This document shows positions 30,549-40,358 of a stretch of 64,000 nt of DNA, in pieces; position 1 is the stretch's first letter, and every line of letters begins with the position of its first letter. The stretch is from assembly GCA_051746745.1 (NCBI GenBank), contig JBNJFJ010000002.1, positions 5,420 through 69,419 on the forward strand. Direction: 5' to 3'. The DNA is from Bacillota bacterium (GTDB lineage: Bacteria > Bacillota > Bacilli > Bacillales > Amphibacillaceae). Under the pieces are notes generated by a model. That model saw only the letters and a list, made by a program, of their open reading frames with translations. It did no database searches and was not told the DNA's origin. Made by a program: the position numbers and the translations under genes.

Positions 30549-30920
30549 TTAATCAATTATGATTGTTCCATTTATATTTGTGAAAATCTTCTCGCTTGCT
30601 TCTTGTCGGTTCATCATGGTTATGACCGTTTGATTTTTCGCACTGACAACAAGGGCGGCTTCATCAGTTAACACAAGTGAATCGGTGATGCCTTTTGCCT
30701 TAGCTTTTTCAACTTGTTCTGAAATTGACTGCCATTTTGATTCGTTCATGACAATGTTACGCTCAACCATCCGTTCCTCTGCATGCTTGGTTAACGTTAG
30801 ATTTGATTTCTTTTGGTCTAGAATGGTCTGAAACGCCTGCATCGGTTTTGGTTTTGAACTTATTTGTTTTGTTGAGGGCAACATGGCCTGTTTTGGTAGT
30901 GGATTAATCTCTATCCCCAT
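30549..30920 (-). CDS. TIGR02530-type flagellar operon protein, function unknown
   Basis: LTKHAEERMVERNI, KGITDSLVL, LVVSAKNQTVIT, IFTNINGTIII; between flgD and flgE. Confidence 0.9.
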   Translation of the reverse strand: MGIEINPLPKQAMLPSTKQISSKPKPMQAFQTILDQKKSNLTLTKHAEERMVERNIVMNESKWQSISEQVEKAKAKGITDSLVLTDEAALVVSAKNQTVITMMNRQEASEKIFTNINGTIIID

Positions 30921-30929
30921 AACACCCTC

Positions 30930-31379
30930 CTATTCTGATGTCTTCGGTGTTGTTACCCGCAATACTTCATCGGTATAGATTTTTTGATCATTATCTAATT
31001 CAATGACCGCAAAGCCTTCTTTTTCAGAAATAGCTTTAACTTGACTCGTGACGATTTCTTTTGGTTCTAGAATGTCACCTGATTCTTCATCAAGTTTATA
31101 GTAGCTCACTTCTTTTCCAATCATATGACTGTATTGAATGACAGGCGATACAGATTGATTCTTAACTAACTGTTGAATGGAATCATTCATATTCATCATT
31201 TGTTCAAGAGATGAAAAAGTTGTCATTTGCGAGATGAATTCTTTATCATCCATCGGGTCGAGTGGATCTTGGTTTTTGATTTGAGCCATTAATAGTTTTA
31301 AAAACTCATCTTTCCCAAGTTCGCCACTTGGCGCTTCTCTTGTTTGATTGCTTAAATAATATGAAGGATCAATTTTCAT
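30930..31379 (-). CDS. flgD: Hook capping protein FlgD
   Basis: LGKDEFLKLLMAQIKNQDPLDPMD. Confidence 0.96.
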   Translation of the reverse strand: MKIDPSYYLSNQTREAPSGELGKDEFLKLLMAQIKNQDPLDPMDDKEFISQMTTFSSLEQMMNMNDSIQQLVKNQSVSPVIQYSHMIGKEVSYYKLDEESGDILEPKEIVTSQVKAISEKEGFAVIELDNDQKIYTDEVLRVTTPKTSE

Positions 31380-31381
31380 CG

Positions 31382-32713
31382 TTACACTCCTTCCTGACTG
31401 AGAATGTCACTGAAATTTAGTTCAGTTTCCTCCTCGTCTTCTGTATAGATGATTTGTTCGTCTTGATTGTTTGTTTGATCTTCCTGATCTTGATAATCAA
31501 GTAATTCTGGTGCACTCGTTGCGGCTGCTTGTTCGTCTTGTTCCACGATGACTTGATGTGGTGAGAACATGTGACGAAGTTCTTTCATATTAGCTTCTAG
31601 TGCTTCTTTTGCCATACTTGACGAGGCAATTAGTTTTACAAACATTTCACCATCAATTTCCATCATTTCAACCGTGATCTGCCCTAAATTATTTGGGTTA
31701 AGCTGTAATTTCACTTGTTGTTGTCCTAACAGATTTTTACCAACTTGCATCTTTTGAAGAACCGCTTCAAATTGTTGCATCAATTCTTGATTAAGCGTTT
31801 GTTGATTAGAGGCTGCTGATTGACTCAAGTGAATCGTCAATTGTTCTAACGGTTGCGTGCCTTTTGAAGAGGCAAAAGCTTCACCAAATGATGGTTGTGA
31901 TTTACCTGACTGGCGTTCAAGTGCTTGCGATAACCATTTTGAAATATCATCAGTAGTGACTTTACTATGGGTCGCGTAACCTTTTTCACTTAGTGCCATA
32001 CGAGATTGAAATTTCGTCATCATCTCTTTTAGTAACATTTGATTGTCTTCTGATAAGAGTTTACTAGATAAGGCTTGACTTAAGTCCTTCGGTAACGCTT
32101 GGAATTCTTGTAATAACGTCATCCAATCTTTATTGCCTAACGCACCTGCATTTAATTCTTTTAACAGTGGTGTTACTTGTTCTAGCACAGGTTGTAGTTG
32201 AACTAATGCGCTAAGTTGAGCTAAATCTTGTTCAGATAATTGCTCAAAGTCAACGTCTTGATCTAATTTAATCCCTAAACTTTTTAATAATGATTTAATT
32301 TCGTCACTTAATTCACCTAGCTTAGACAACAACGCTTTTACATCTGCTTCTGTTAATTCAGTTGTGTCTTCAGCATTGATTAAAGCAAGAAGGTCTTGAT
32401 TGCCTTGTAACTGGGCCAGTATTTCATTAAGCTCACCAGTTGTTTCAGCATTCGGTATTAAAGACCCTAGCCCATTACCATCTGATTGTTGCGCCAATTC
32501 TTTTACAACCGCACGAATATTTAAACCGCTCTCGTTTCTGGTCATCTTTTCAGGCAACGCACGTTGGTCATTAGTTAATGGTTGTTGTGATGACTTAGCT
32601 AACGTTTGTTTAAAAGCGTCTGACTGTCGCTTACTCATTTGACTTACATTATTTGTTGATTGTTTCGGTGAGCTGTTTGCGACTTGTTTAAATAACATAT
32701 CCATCGTATTCAT
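31382..32713 (-). CDS. fliK: Hook-length control protein FliK
   Basis: Low-complexity N-terminus, C-terminal KLQLNPNNLGQITV domain; upstream of flgD. Confidence 0.9.
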   Translation of the reverse strand: MNTMDMLFKQVANSSPKQSTNNVSQMSKRQSDAFKQTLAKSSQQPLTNDQRALPEKMTRNESGLNIRAVVKELAQQSDGNGLGSLIPNAETTGELNEILAQLQGNQDLLALINAEDTTELTEADVKALLSKLGELSDEIKSLLKSLGIKLDQDVDFEQLSEQDLAQLSALVQLQPVLEQVTPLLKELNAGALGNKDWMTLLQEFQALPKDLSQALSSKLLSEDNQMLLKEMMTKFQSRMALSEKGYATHSKVTTDDISKWLSQALERQSGKSQPSFGEAFASSKGTQPLEQLTIHLSQSAASNQQTLNQELMQQFEAVLQKMQVGKNLLGQQQVKLQLNPNNLGQITVEMMEIDGEMFVKLIASSSMAKEALEANMKELRHMFSPHQVIVEQDEQAAATSAPELLDYQDQEDQTNNQDEQIIYTEDEEETELNFSDILSQEGV

Positions 32714-32755
32714 TGTTTCACCTCCCTTCAAATATTACGTAACTTACCTCAGTAG

Positions 32756-33331
32756 CTATTGATACAATAACTCCGTTAATTCCGCTGCTTTTTCAGCTTC
32801 CATAAAGGAAAGGATTTCACTACGTGCTTCTGATGGTACACCATTTAGAATATCAACCGCAATCTCCGTTGTTGTTTCAGATAAAATACGGGCAGCACTT
32901 TCGGGTTCCATATCAGAATATGTCGAGACAACTTCCTCTAAACGCGCTTGTTGTTCATTTTGACTCGCAATTTGAGACTGATATTCAGCTAATTGATTGT
33001 TTAAGTCAACAATATCACGTTCTAAAGCTTCAATTTCATCGTCTTTTTCAGATGATTCCATCATCAAGCGATTAATTTGAGACTGATAATCTCCGATTTG
33101 CGCTAAATACTCCGCTTCCATTGCTTCTAAATTCGTTTCAGCTTCTGTCGTAATTAACTTCTCGACACCTGGGACTCGATTAAGAAAGGTTTTGGTGTTT
33201 TTTACCGGTTCCATCCCTAAGAGTGACAAGACAATATAAATAATCGTAACGGATAAGATGAGTGGAATAATAGCTAAAAGTAGATAACTTAACCAACTTT
33301 TTTTCTTTTTTTCTTTTTGTTTTTTCGCCAT
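32756..33331 (-). CDS. ylxF: YlxF / MotE family protein (MgtE N-terminal-like)
   Basis: TM helix, coiled coil, YSDMEPESAARIL; between fliJ and fliK. Confidence 0.85.
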   Translation of the reverse strand: MAKKQKEKKKKSWLSYLLLAIIPLILSVTIIYIVLSLLGMEPVKNTKTFLNRVPGVEKLITTEAETNLEAMEAEYLAQIGDYQSQINRLMMESSEKDDEIEALERDIVDLNNQLAEYQSQIASQNEQQARLEEVVSTYSDMEPESAARILSETTTEIAVDILNGVPSEARSEILSFMEAEKAAELTELLYQ

Positions 33332-33335
33332 ATTT

Positions 33336-33782
33336 TCACCGATCCCCATGATTATAATATTGTCTGATGGACGCTTCGTCCAACATCTTGCTTTCTGTTT
33401 CTTTTTCTTTCGATTTGATTACTTCCCACTTATGATCAATAATTTTTTCATACTTTTTCACTTCAACATGCTGATCTGTGAGCATCGACCGTTTATCTTC
33501 CATAATCGAGCGTTTTTCATCTACGGTTGCTTCAACGTGCAAGATCTGCTTTTTTAATTGTTGCAAGTAGGTGTGATGTGTCATGAGCGACGTGACAGAA
33601 CCTGATGTATGAAGAGCTTGTTGATATTTATCTTCAATCGTTTCTTTTTGTTTTAAGAGTTGATAGAGTTCTTCAGCGACAGTTTCAAACTCGGTTACGG
33701 CAGACTTATATTCAAGCTGAGCTTCGTTTTTAAGATTTTCTTGATGATGTAAAATTTTTTCGAATGCTTGGACATTAGTCAT
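33336..33782 (-). CDS. fliJ: Flagellar export protein FliJ
   Basis: 148-aa coiled coil following fliI; EVKKYEK...MLDE. Confidence 0.9.
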   Translation of the reverse strand: MTNVQAFEKILHHQENLKNEAQLEYKSAVTEFETVAEELYQLLKQKETIEDKYQQALHTSGSVTSLMTHHTYLQQLKKQILHVEATVDEKRSIMEDKRSMLTDQHVEVKKYEKIIDHKWEVIKSKEKETESKMLDEASIRQYYNHGDR

Positions 33783-33788
33783 CTGATA

Positions 33789-35096
33789 TTACCCCCCATA
33801 TAGTAAGGATTCCACCTGATTGATCGCCGTCTCTCGATGACAATTATCTTCAATCCCTTGTTTTAAGAAATTGATAATTTTTGGATGCAATTGAATCGCA
33901 CGGTCAACTTGTGGATTGGACCCACGCTTATACGCGCCGATTTGAATCAGTTCATAGTTTTCTTCGTAACTTGCGAGATAACTACGTAACTCATTAGCAA
34001 GTTTTTGTTCTTTCTCTGTCGTAATTTGTGGCATAACCCGGCTAATAGATTTGAGTACATTCAGTGCAGGGTATTGCCCCCGTTCAGCTAATTTACGGTC
34101 TAATACAAAGTGACCGTCTAATATCCCTCGGGTCGTATCGGCAATCGGGTCGTTTAAATCATCCCCGTCGACAAGTACTGTGTAAAACGCTGTAATCGTC
34201 CCTAAATCACTTGTTCCCGTTCGTTCTAATAGCTTAGGTAAAATAGCGAAGACAGAAGGTGGATATCCTTTTGTCGTTGGCGGCTCACCTGTGGCTAACC
34301 CGACTTCACGCTGAGCCATCGCCACACGCGTAACGGAATCCATCATTAAGTTGACATTATAGCCTCTATCTCTAAAATACTCAGCGATTGAGGTTGCGGT
34401 ATATGCCCCTTTAATCCTCATTAAAGCTGGTTGGTCAGACGTTGCGACAACGACGACAGATTTTTTTAACCCCTCTGGCCCGAGGTCTTTTTCTATAAAT
34501 TCTCTTACCTCTCGCCCCCGTTCTCCGATAAGCGCAATGACGTTAATATCAGCTTCACTGTTACGGGCAATCATACCGAGCAATGTACTTTTACCAACAC
34601 CACTACCGGCAAAAATACCGATACGTTGACCTTTTCCAACCGTAAGCAAAGTATCAATCGTCTTAACCCCGATTTCAATCGGTTCTAAAATCCTTGGACG
34701 TTTTAACGGATTCGGTGGCGATTGTTCTGTATTCATCGCGAGTAATCCTGATGGTAACTTAGAATCATCGAGCGGCATGCCAACAGCATTGATCACTTTT
34801 CCAACAAGCCGTTGACCCACTTTAATCGTCAACGGCTTACGTGTTGCTTCGACTAAACTGCCTGGTCCGATATCATTGATTTCAGTATAAGGCATGAGCA
34901 CCACGACATCATCATTAAAGCCAACAACTTCCGCCATAATTTTGTCATAGTTTGACGTATGAATGTAACACACTTCTCCCATTTTTACTTCGGGACCGGT
35001 TGATTCAATCATGAGACCTACAACGCGCTTGACTTTACCAAAATGGGTATATGTCTCCGTCTTATCAATCACATCAACGAGTTGATTAATATCCAC
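33789..35096 (-). CDS. fliI: Flagellar export ATPase FliI
   Basis: AGSGVGKSTLLGM, GERGREV, GEPPTTKGYP. Confidence 0.97.
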   Translation of the reverse strand: MDINQLVDVIDKTETYTHFGKVKRVVGLMIESTGPEVKMGEVCYIHTSNYDKIMAEVVGFNDDVVVLMPYTEINDIGPGSLVEATRKPLTIKVGQRLVGKVINAVGMPLDDSKLPSGLLAMNTEQSPPNPLKRPRILEPIEIGVKTIDTLLTVGKGQRIGIFAGSGVGKSTLLGMIARNSEADINVIALIGERGREVREFIEKDLGPEGLKKSVVVVATSDQPALMRIKGAYTATSIAEYFRDRGYNVNLMMDSVTRVAMAQREVGLATGEPPTTKGYPPSVFAILPKLLERTGTSDLGTITAFYTVLVDGDDLNDPIADTTRGILDGHFVLDRKLAERGQYPALNVLKSISRVMPQITTEKEQKLANELRSYLASYEENYELIQIGAYKRGSNPQVDRAIQLHPKIINFLKQGIEDNCHRETAINQVESLLYGG

Positions 35097-35877
35097 GTTG
35101 CATCTCCTCCATTGTTTCCGTTAATGCCTCATGAATTTTTTCTAATTGACGATCGACACTGACGTCTAATTGTCCACTTGGCGTTTCAATCACACAGCCG
35201 CCGGTTGGTAACTTATCATCAGGTAACACAGACAGCATGACACCTTCATTCAGCACCCGTGTCAGTTCGTCGGTTTGCGAGTGAATCAAATCGAAGTCTT
35301 GAATACTCGTCCGGATACGAATAATTGTTTGATCATGATAGTCTTTAATCGCTGTTTTCACAATGGGTAGTAGAGCGTCCTTCGACATGACTGCATCAAA
35401 AACGACTTTTTTTGCGACAACCATAGACAGTTCTACGATATCGGCATGTGCCTTTTCAATAATGATTTCTCGCTCTTGTTCAGCTTGATGGATGATCTCA
35501 TTCGCTTGTTCAATTCGCGAGGCAAAATCAGCTAAGGCCGCTTGTTCACCAGTTTCGTATCCGGCTTGATAGCCCTCGTTTTTGGCCGACTCAATTAACG
35601 TTTCTTTTTCACTCTGCCAGTCTTGTTTCTGTTGGTTAATGTCTTGTTCAGCTTGTTGTTTTTCTTGATCAATCTGTTGCTGTATGTTGGTTAGCTCTTG
35701 CTTTAATTGCATGAGTTCATCATTCAGCTGTTTTTTTTGATGTTCTAACTGCTCAATTTCTGAGAGTGATTCATCTTCTTCTGTTAGCGTGTCATCCACA
35801 TGAACAGGCTCTTCAACTTTAAACTGAATCGGCTTTAGTTTGATTTCACGGGCTTTAAATGGTTTAAAATCAGACAA
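35086..35877 (-). CDS. fliH: Flagellar assembly protein FliH
   Basis: AxxxGxxxGxxxG (AKNEGYQAGYETG), GGCVIETPSG; TTG start inferred. Confidence 0.9.
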   Translation of the reverse strand: MSDFKPFKAREIKLKPIQFKVEEPVHVDDTLTEEDESLSEIEQLEHQKKQLNDELMQLKQELTNIQQQIDQEKQQAEQDINQQKQDWQSEKETLIESAKNEGYQAGYETGEQAALADFASRIEQANEIIHQAEQEREIIIEKAHADIVELSMVVAKKVVFDAVMSKDALLPIVKTAIKDYHDQTIIRIRTSIQDFDLIHSQTDELTRVLNEGVMLSVLPDDKLPTGGCVIETPSGQLDVSVDRQLEKIHEALTETMEEMQRGY

Positions 35878-36880
35878 TAATATCATCTCCTCCACCACGT
35901 GCAATCACAATCTCACCTACTTCTTCAAGGCGACGAATAGCTGCTACAATACGTGTTTGTGATTCTTCAACGTCTTTTAGACGGACAGGACCCATAAACT
36001 CCATTTCCTCTTTAAAGGTTTCAGCCATACGTGAAGACATGTTGCTAAAGACAACCTCTTGTACTTCTTCACTTGCGACCTTAAGCGCGAGACGTAAGTC
36101 ATCGTTTTCAACCTCCCGAATCACACGTTGAATCGCCCGATTATCAAGCGTCACAATATCTTCAAAGACAAACATCCGTTTTTTAATCTCTTCAGCTAAT
36201 TCAGGGTCTTGTATTTCTAAAGCATCGAGAATGGTACGTTCCGTTGAACGATCGACCCCGTTAAGCACTTCAACAACCGCCTGAATTCCACCGGTTTGCG
36301 TGTAATCTTGGGTGACAGTTGATGAGAGTTTCTGTTCTAAAATACGTTCCACCTCGTAGATGATTTCCGGCGACGTTGAATCCATTAACGCAATTCGTTT
36401 CGCGATATCTGCCTGCATCTCTTGAGGTAATTCAGATAAAATCTGTCCAGCTTGTTCATTATCTAAGTATGACAATATAAGCGCGATGGTTTGCGGGTGT
36501 TCTCCTTGAATAAAGTTCAAAATTTGATTTGGATCTGTTTTACGTGCAAAATCAAACGGTTTAACTTGTAAAGAAGAGGTTAACCGCCCAATGACTGCTT
36601 GGGCTTGTTCTGCACCAATCGCTTTTTCTAACACTGTTTTCGCATAAGAAATCCCGCCCTGGGCGATATAATCCTGTGCTAGCGCGATTTGATGAAATTG
36701 CTCTAGCACTTCTTCTTTTTGACCGCTTTCGACCTTCTTCACACCTGAAATTTCGAGTGTGAGTTTTTCAATTTCTTCTTCTGTCAAATGTTTATAGACT
36801 TGAGCAGACACATCTGGTCCGAGTGAGATGAGAAGGATTGCTGCTTTTTGTCTACCCGTTAGTTCTTGTTGTTTCGCCAC
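35870..36880 (-). CDS. fliG: Flagellar motor switch protein FliG
   Basis: QKAAILLISLG, EHPQTIALILS, MFVFEDI. Confidence 0.98.
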   Translation of the reverse strand: MAKQQELTGRQKAAILLISLGPDVSAQVYKHLTEEEIEKLTLEISGVKKVESGQKEEVLEQFHQIALAQDYIAQGGISYAKTVLEKAIGAEQAQAVIGRLTSSLQVKPFDFARKTDPNQILNFIQGEHPQTIALILSYLDNEQAGQILSELPQEMQADIAKRIALMDSTSPEIIYEVERILEQKLSSTVTQDYTQTGGIQAVVEVLNGVDRSTERTILDALEIQDPELAEEIKKRMFVFEDIVTLDNRAIQRVIREVENDDLRLALKVASEEVQEVVFSNMSSRMAETFKEEMEFMGPVRLKDVEESQTRIVAAIRRLEEVGEIVIARGGGDDIIV

Positions 36881-36891
36881 TTTGACTCCCC

Positions 36892-38502
36892 CTAATCCTC
36901 AGAAATCCAGCTGCGGAGTAATTTCGCAAAGTCATCCGGTTTCTCTGTTGCCATTTTCTCTAATTGTTTTCGTTTAATTGAGCTTTCCGTATCTTCCGGC
37001 TCTTCAATTCCTGGTATTTCTGTTGTTCTATCTTCTTCAGACATATACATGTCTTCTTCAGTGACAGTTGATTGTTTAGGTTTTCTGACAAGTAAGATGA
37101 CAATAACTGCAATAAGCGCTAATAATACGACACCAATCGCCACATAAGCCCAGATTGGCAAGTTAAAGCCTCCCTCTTCAGATTCTCGTGAAATGCCGTT
37201 AAATGTTTGGAAAACAATTGAGGTTTTCTCAGTAGGATTTATATCCGTAATATTTCCGTCAATCGATGTCGTAATAATAGAATCGAGGATAGATTGAACA
37301 CTTGCTTGTACCTGTTGTTGTTCTTCCGGTGTTAATAATTCAAGATTACCATCTTCATCCGTTGTTGATTTTGTGTTATCGACAGCAACTTGAATCCCTA
37401 AATCTCTTAATCGATAAGGACTTTCACTTATTTCACGTTGAATTCGGTTAAATTCATAATTGATTGTATCTTGTTCTAACTCATATTCGCCTATGCCGTT
37501 ATCATCTCCGACTGGGTAGTTATTGACATCCTCTTCACCGGCACCAGCCGCTGCCTCATCAAGGGCACCTTGTCCCTCATAAGACTCCCGGATTGTCTCT
37601 AAGCTTACAGGAATCCCTTCCATTGCCTCTTCATCGACCGGTTCTACCAGTTGTTCCACGCGATTTTCTTGCGTGAAGTCTAAGTCAGCCGTGACGGTTG
37701 CGATAACTTTTTCTGGACCAATCATCACAGATAGCATTTGTTGCACACGTTGCTGTAAGTCACGTTCAATTTCTTTTTTAATTGATTGTTGTTGAGCAAA
37801 AACATCTGATGTTGAATTAATATTTTCATTATCTAAATTATAATAGTTAAAGTATTGGTCCATAATGACGATATTATCAGTAGTAAGATTCGGAACAGCT
37901 TTTTCGACGAGGTGATAAAGCGCCCGTACTTGTTCGTTATTAAATTGATGCCCCGGCTCAAGGGTTAAATTAATAGCAACAGATGTTGAATCTGTCTGTT
38001 CCGTAATAAATACGGATTCTTCTGGTAAATTTATCATGACGTTCGCTTGATCAATGCCTGAAAAACCTGATAATAAGTTACCTAATTCAGATTGCATCGC
38101 ATCTAGTTTAATCATACCAAATTCATTATCAGTCACACCCCAAGACGTGTTCGCACTAAAGAACCCATAGTCAATTTGACCAGAGTCTGGAATACCTTGG
38201 GCCGCAAGTTCTACTAACAAGCCTTCTGCTTGTCCTTCTGGCACATAAATAGTGGTCCCACCATTACGGACTTCGTGTTCGATCCCACGCGTGTCTAATT
38301 CGACCTTCACTTGACCTGCTTCTTCTGCCGATAAGCCTGAGTAGAGCTGTACCATCGGGGTACGTGAAAAGAAGATGGTTCCACCAATAACGATGATCAA
38401 AAACAAGATGACTGATGATATCATCAATCCCTTTTGTTTAGTTGAACGTTGACGCCAGAAGTTTTCGATTGTGTCTTTAAGTTGTTGTAATTTCTCTTTC
38501 AT
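36892..38502 (-). CDS. fliF: Flagellar MS-ring protein FliF
   Basis: Two TM helices, ring-building domains, AKLLRSWISED C-terminus. Confidence 0.96.
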   Translation of the reverse strand: MKEKLQQLKDTIENFWRQRSTKQKGLMISSVILFLIIVIGGTIFFSRTPMVQLYSGLSAEEAGQVKVELDTRGIEHEVRNGGTTIYVPEGQAEGLLVELAAQGIPDSGQIDYGFFSANTSWGVTDNEFGMIKLDAMQSELGNLLSGFSGIDQANVMINLPEESVFITEQTDSTSVAINLTLEPGHQFNNEQVRALYHLVEKAVPNLTTDNIVIMDQYFNYYNLDNENINSTSDVFAQQQSIKKEIERDLQQRVQQMLSVMIGPEKVIATVTADLDFTQENRVEQLVEPVDEEAMEGIPVSLETIRESYEGQGALDEAAAGAGEEDVNNYPVGDDNGIGEYELEQDTINYEFNRIQREISESPYRLRDLGIQVAVDNTKSTTDEDGNLELLTPEEQQQVQASVQSILDSIITTSIDGNITDINPTEKTSIVFQTFNGISRESEEGGFNLPIWAYVAIGVVLLALIAVIVILLVRKPKQSTVTEEDMYMSEEDRTTEIPGIEEPEDTESSIKRKQLEKMATEKPDDFAKLLRSWISED

Positions 38503-38537
38503 TCTGCGCCTCCATACCAATAAAAATCACTTATAAA

Positions 38538-38840
38538 TTATAATTGCATTCGCATCATTTCATTATAAGCGGTAATAGCTTTACTCTGAACCTCAACAGC
38601 TAAATTCAGTCCGACTGAAGCTTTTTGAGCTGTGATCATGACATCATGAAGATCATCGATTTCACCATTCACAAGTTGTTCTGTTTTCGCTTGTGAATCG
38701 AGTTGTAATTGATTCACATCATTTAACGCGTCTGTCAGCATGTTTTTGAATGTTGCACTATTTGCTTTTGGTTCAGTTGTTGCTTGTGGTTTTATTGTAG
38801 GAGACGTTATAGGTTGAATGAAGTTTGTTTGGATTGTCAT
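38538..38840 (-). CDS. fliE: Hook-basal body protein FliE
   Basis: DLHDVMITAQKA, AYNEMMRMQL. Confidence 0.96.
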   Translation of the reverse strand: MTIQTNFIQPITSPTIKPQATTEPKANSATFKNMLTDALNDVNQLQLDSQAKTEQLVNGEIDDLHDVMITAQKASVGLNLAVEVQSKAITAYNEMMRMQL

Positions 38841-38855
38841 AGTTTACCTCCTTAA

Positions 38856-39311
38856 TTACTTACCTATTTCTAATGCTTTCATTAACATCCCTTTTGTCGC
38901 ATTAAGCGCCGTCACGTTTGCTTCGTATGATCGCGTCGCGCTCATTAAGTCTACCATTTCTTGTAACGGATCGACATTGGGCATTTGTACATAACCAGCT
39001 TCATCAGCATCTGGATGATTCGGATTATAAACCGTCACAAACGGTGCATCATCTTCGGTGATGCTTGAGACTTTCACACCACTCACACTTTTATTCTCAT
39101 CACCTTTGATCTTTGAAAATTGATCTCTAAAGCTTGGTGAATCACTTTGGAAGTTGACGATCTTTCGTCGATACGGTTCAAACTCACCATCTTCGTTTAT
39201 ACGCGCTCTCGTTGAATCGGCATTGGCAATATTCGCAGAGACCGTATCCATTCTGAGTCTTTGCGCGGTAAGTGCTGAACTACTTATATTCATTCCATTA
39301 AAGACAGACAC
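38856..39311 (-). CDS. flgC: Basal body rod protein FlgC
   Basis: SANIANA, PYRRK, YNPNHPDA, RSYEAN. Confidence 0.97.
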   Translation of the reverse strand: MSVFNGMNISSSALTAQRLRMDTVSANIANADSTRARINEDGEFEPYRRKIVNFQSDSPSFRDQFSKIKGDENKSVSGVKVSSITEDDAPFVTVYNPNHPDADEAGYVQMPNVDPLQEMVDLMSATRSYEANVTALNATKGMLMKALEIGK

Positions 39312-39313
39312 AA

Positions 39314-39706
39314 TTAACTTCCTCCTCTAATGACTGACTGCAAACTATTAAACTGCCCGTTCATTCGATCAATCATTGCATTATAATAAATCTGATTTGT
39401 CGCTAGATTCGACATTTCTTTGTCGATATCGACATTATTCCCATTATGGTTATAAGATGTCCCTTTGTTTGTTGTTACATTGAACTGATTGTTTCCTTCA
39501 CCAAAGTTAAAGTGTTTTTCGTGTGTTCTTTTTGCCTCAGTGTTTGATTTTAATTCATTGTCTAAGATTGATTTAAATTCGACTTCTCTTGCCTTGTAAT
39601 TCGCCGTATCCACATTGGCGATATTGTTAGCGATTGTTTTGTTGTTGAGTGCCGCATAATCTAAACCGTGTTGCAGCGAATCAAATGTACGACTAAAAAA
39701 TGTCAT
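39314..39706 (-). CDS. flgB: Basal body rod protein FlgB
   Basis: ANNIANVDT, NGNNVDIDKEM. Confidence 0.97.
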   Translation of the reverse strand: MTFFSRTFDSLQHGLDYAALNNKTIANNIANVDTANYKAREVEFKSILDNELKSNTEAKRTHEKHFNFGEGNNQFNVTTNKGTSYNHNGNNVDIDKEMSNLATNQIYYNAMIDRMNGQFNSLQSVIRGGS

Positions 39707-39751
39707 TCTAGTCCTCTCCTTATGCGTACTTTTAGATGATAACCTCTTGTC

Positions 39752-39780
39752 ATTGTAGATGAAAACATTGGAATTGTCTA
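39752..39780 (-). promoter_or_regulatory. SigA promoter of the fla/che operon
   Basis: TAGACA-N17-TACAAT, 45 bp upstream of the flgB ATG; resembles the B. subtilis PA(fla/che) promoter. Confidence 0.75.
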
Positions 39781-40296
39781 TGTTTGATAACGTTTTCTAT
39801 ATATAATATGAAAGCTCATTTTTACCTAGCTAAGTATCGGGATTTAAGTCAATAGAACCATTGATTTTTCACTTTTTTCTCATCGTATCTTAATCTACAT
39901 CTCATCACTATTTAACTTCCCATTATAAGGAATTATATTTGTTTTTTTTTGGATTATTTTATCTGTTTTTCTCGTTTTTATTCCTTTAAATTGAAACGGC
40001 GTTTACACAACCTTAATACATAGGTCTATTATATCATTTTTATTTAACCTACGCATTATATTTCTTCTAGCAACCAATATTAACGAATATAAGTTAAATA
40101 AAGGATGAATTTTTTACTTTTTATACCGGTGATGCTTATATTTGCTACACATTCACCCGTGGGTGAGTTCAACCTCCTATATCTTTAGACGGAAAAGTTG
40201 TATACAAGATTCATTCATCTTTTCGTTCTAGTCAAGACTTCACGTCACAATAAATAACGATGCCATTATTCATGATGTTTTTTTCAATAAACAAAC

Positions 40297-40335
40297 AGAA
40301 GCCCCGGTTGATAGATTATATCAACTAGGGCTTCT
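40297..40335 (-). terminator. Terminator after codY
   Basis: AGAAGCCC.GGTTGATA / TATCAACTAGGGCTTCT hairpin followed by T-rich sequence on the minus strand. Confidence 0.8.
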
Positions 40336-40358
40336 TTAACATTATACTGGGTCTATAA

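Noticed and set aside
39791-39816. dif-like site (TTTTCTATATATAATATGAAAGCT)
   Set aside because: Arm spacing and sequence do not fit the 28-bp Bacillus dif; likely an AT-rich coincidence
39833-39860. SigD promoter upstream of fla/che (CCCGATAC -10)
   Set aside because: No TAAA-like -35 at the 15-16 bp spacing
39707-40358. c-di-GMP riboswitch or invertible phase switch upstream of flgB, as in Clostridioides difficile
   Set aside because: No c-di-GMP-I consensus and no long inverted repeats found by eye; the main promoter is only 45 bp from the ATG
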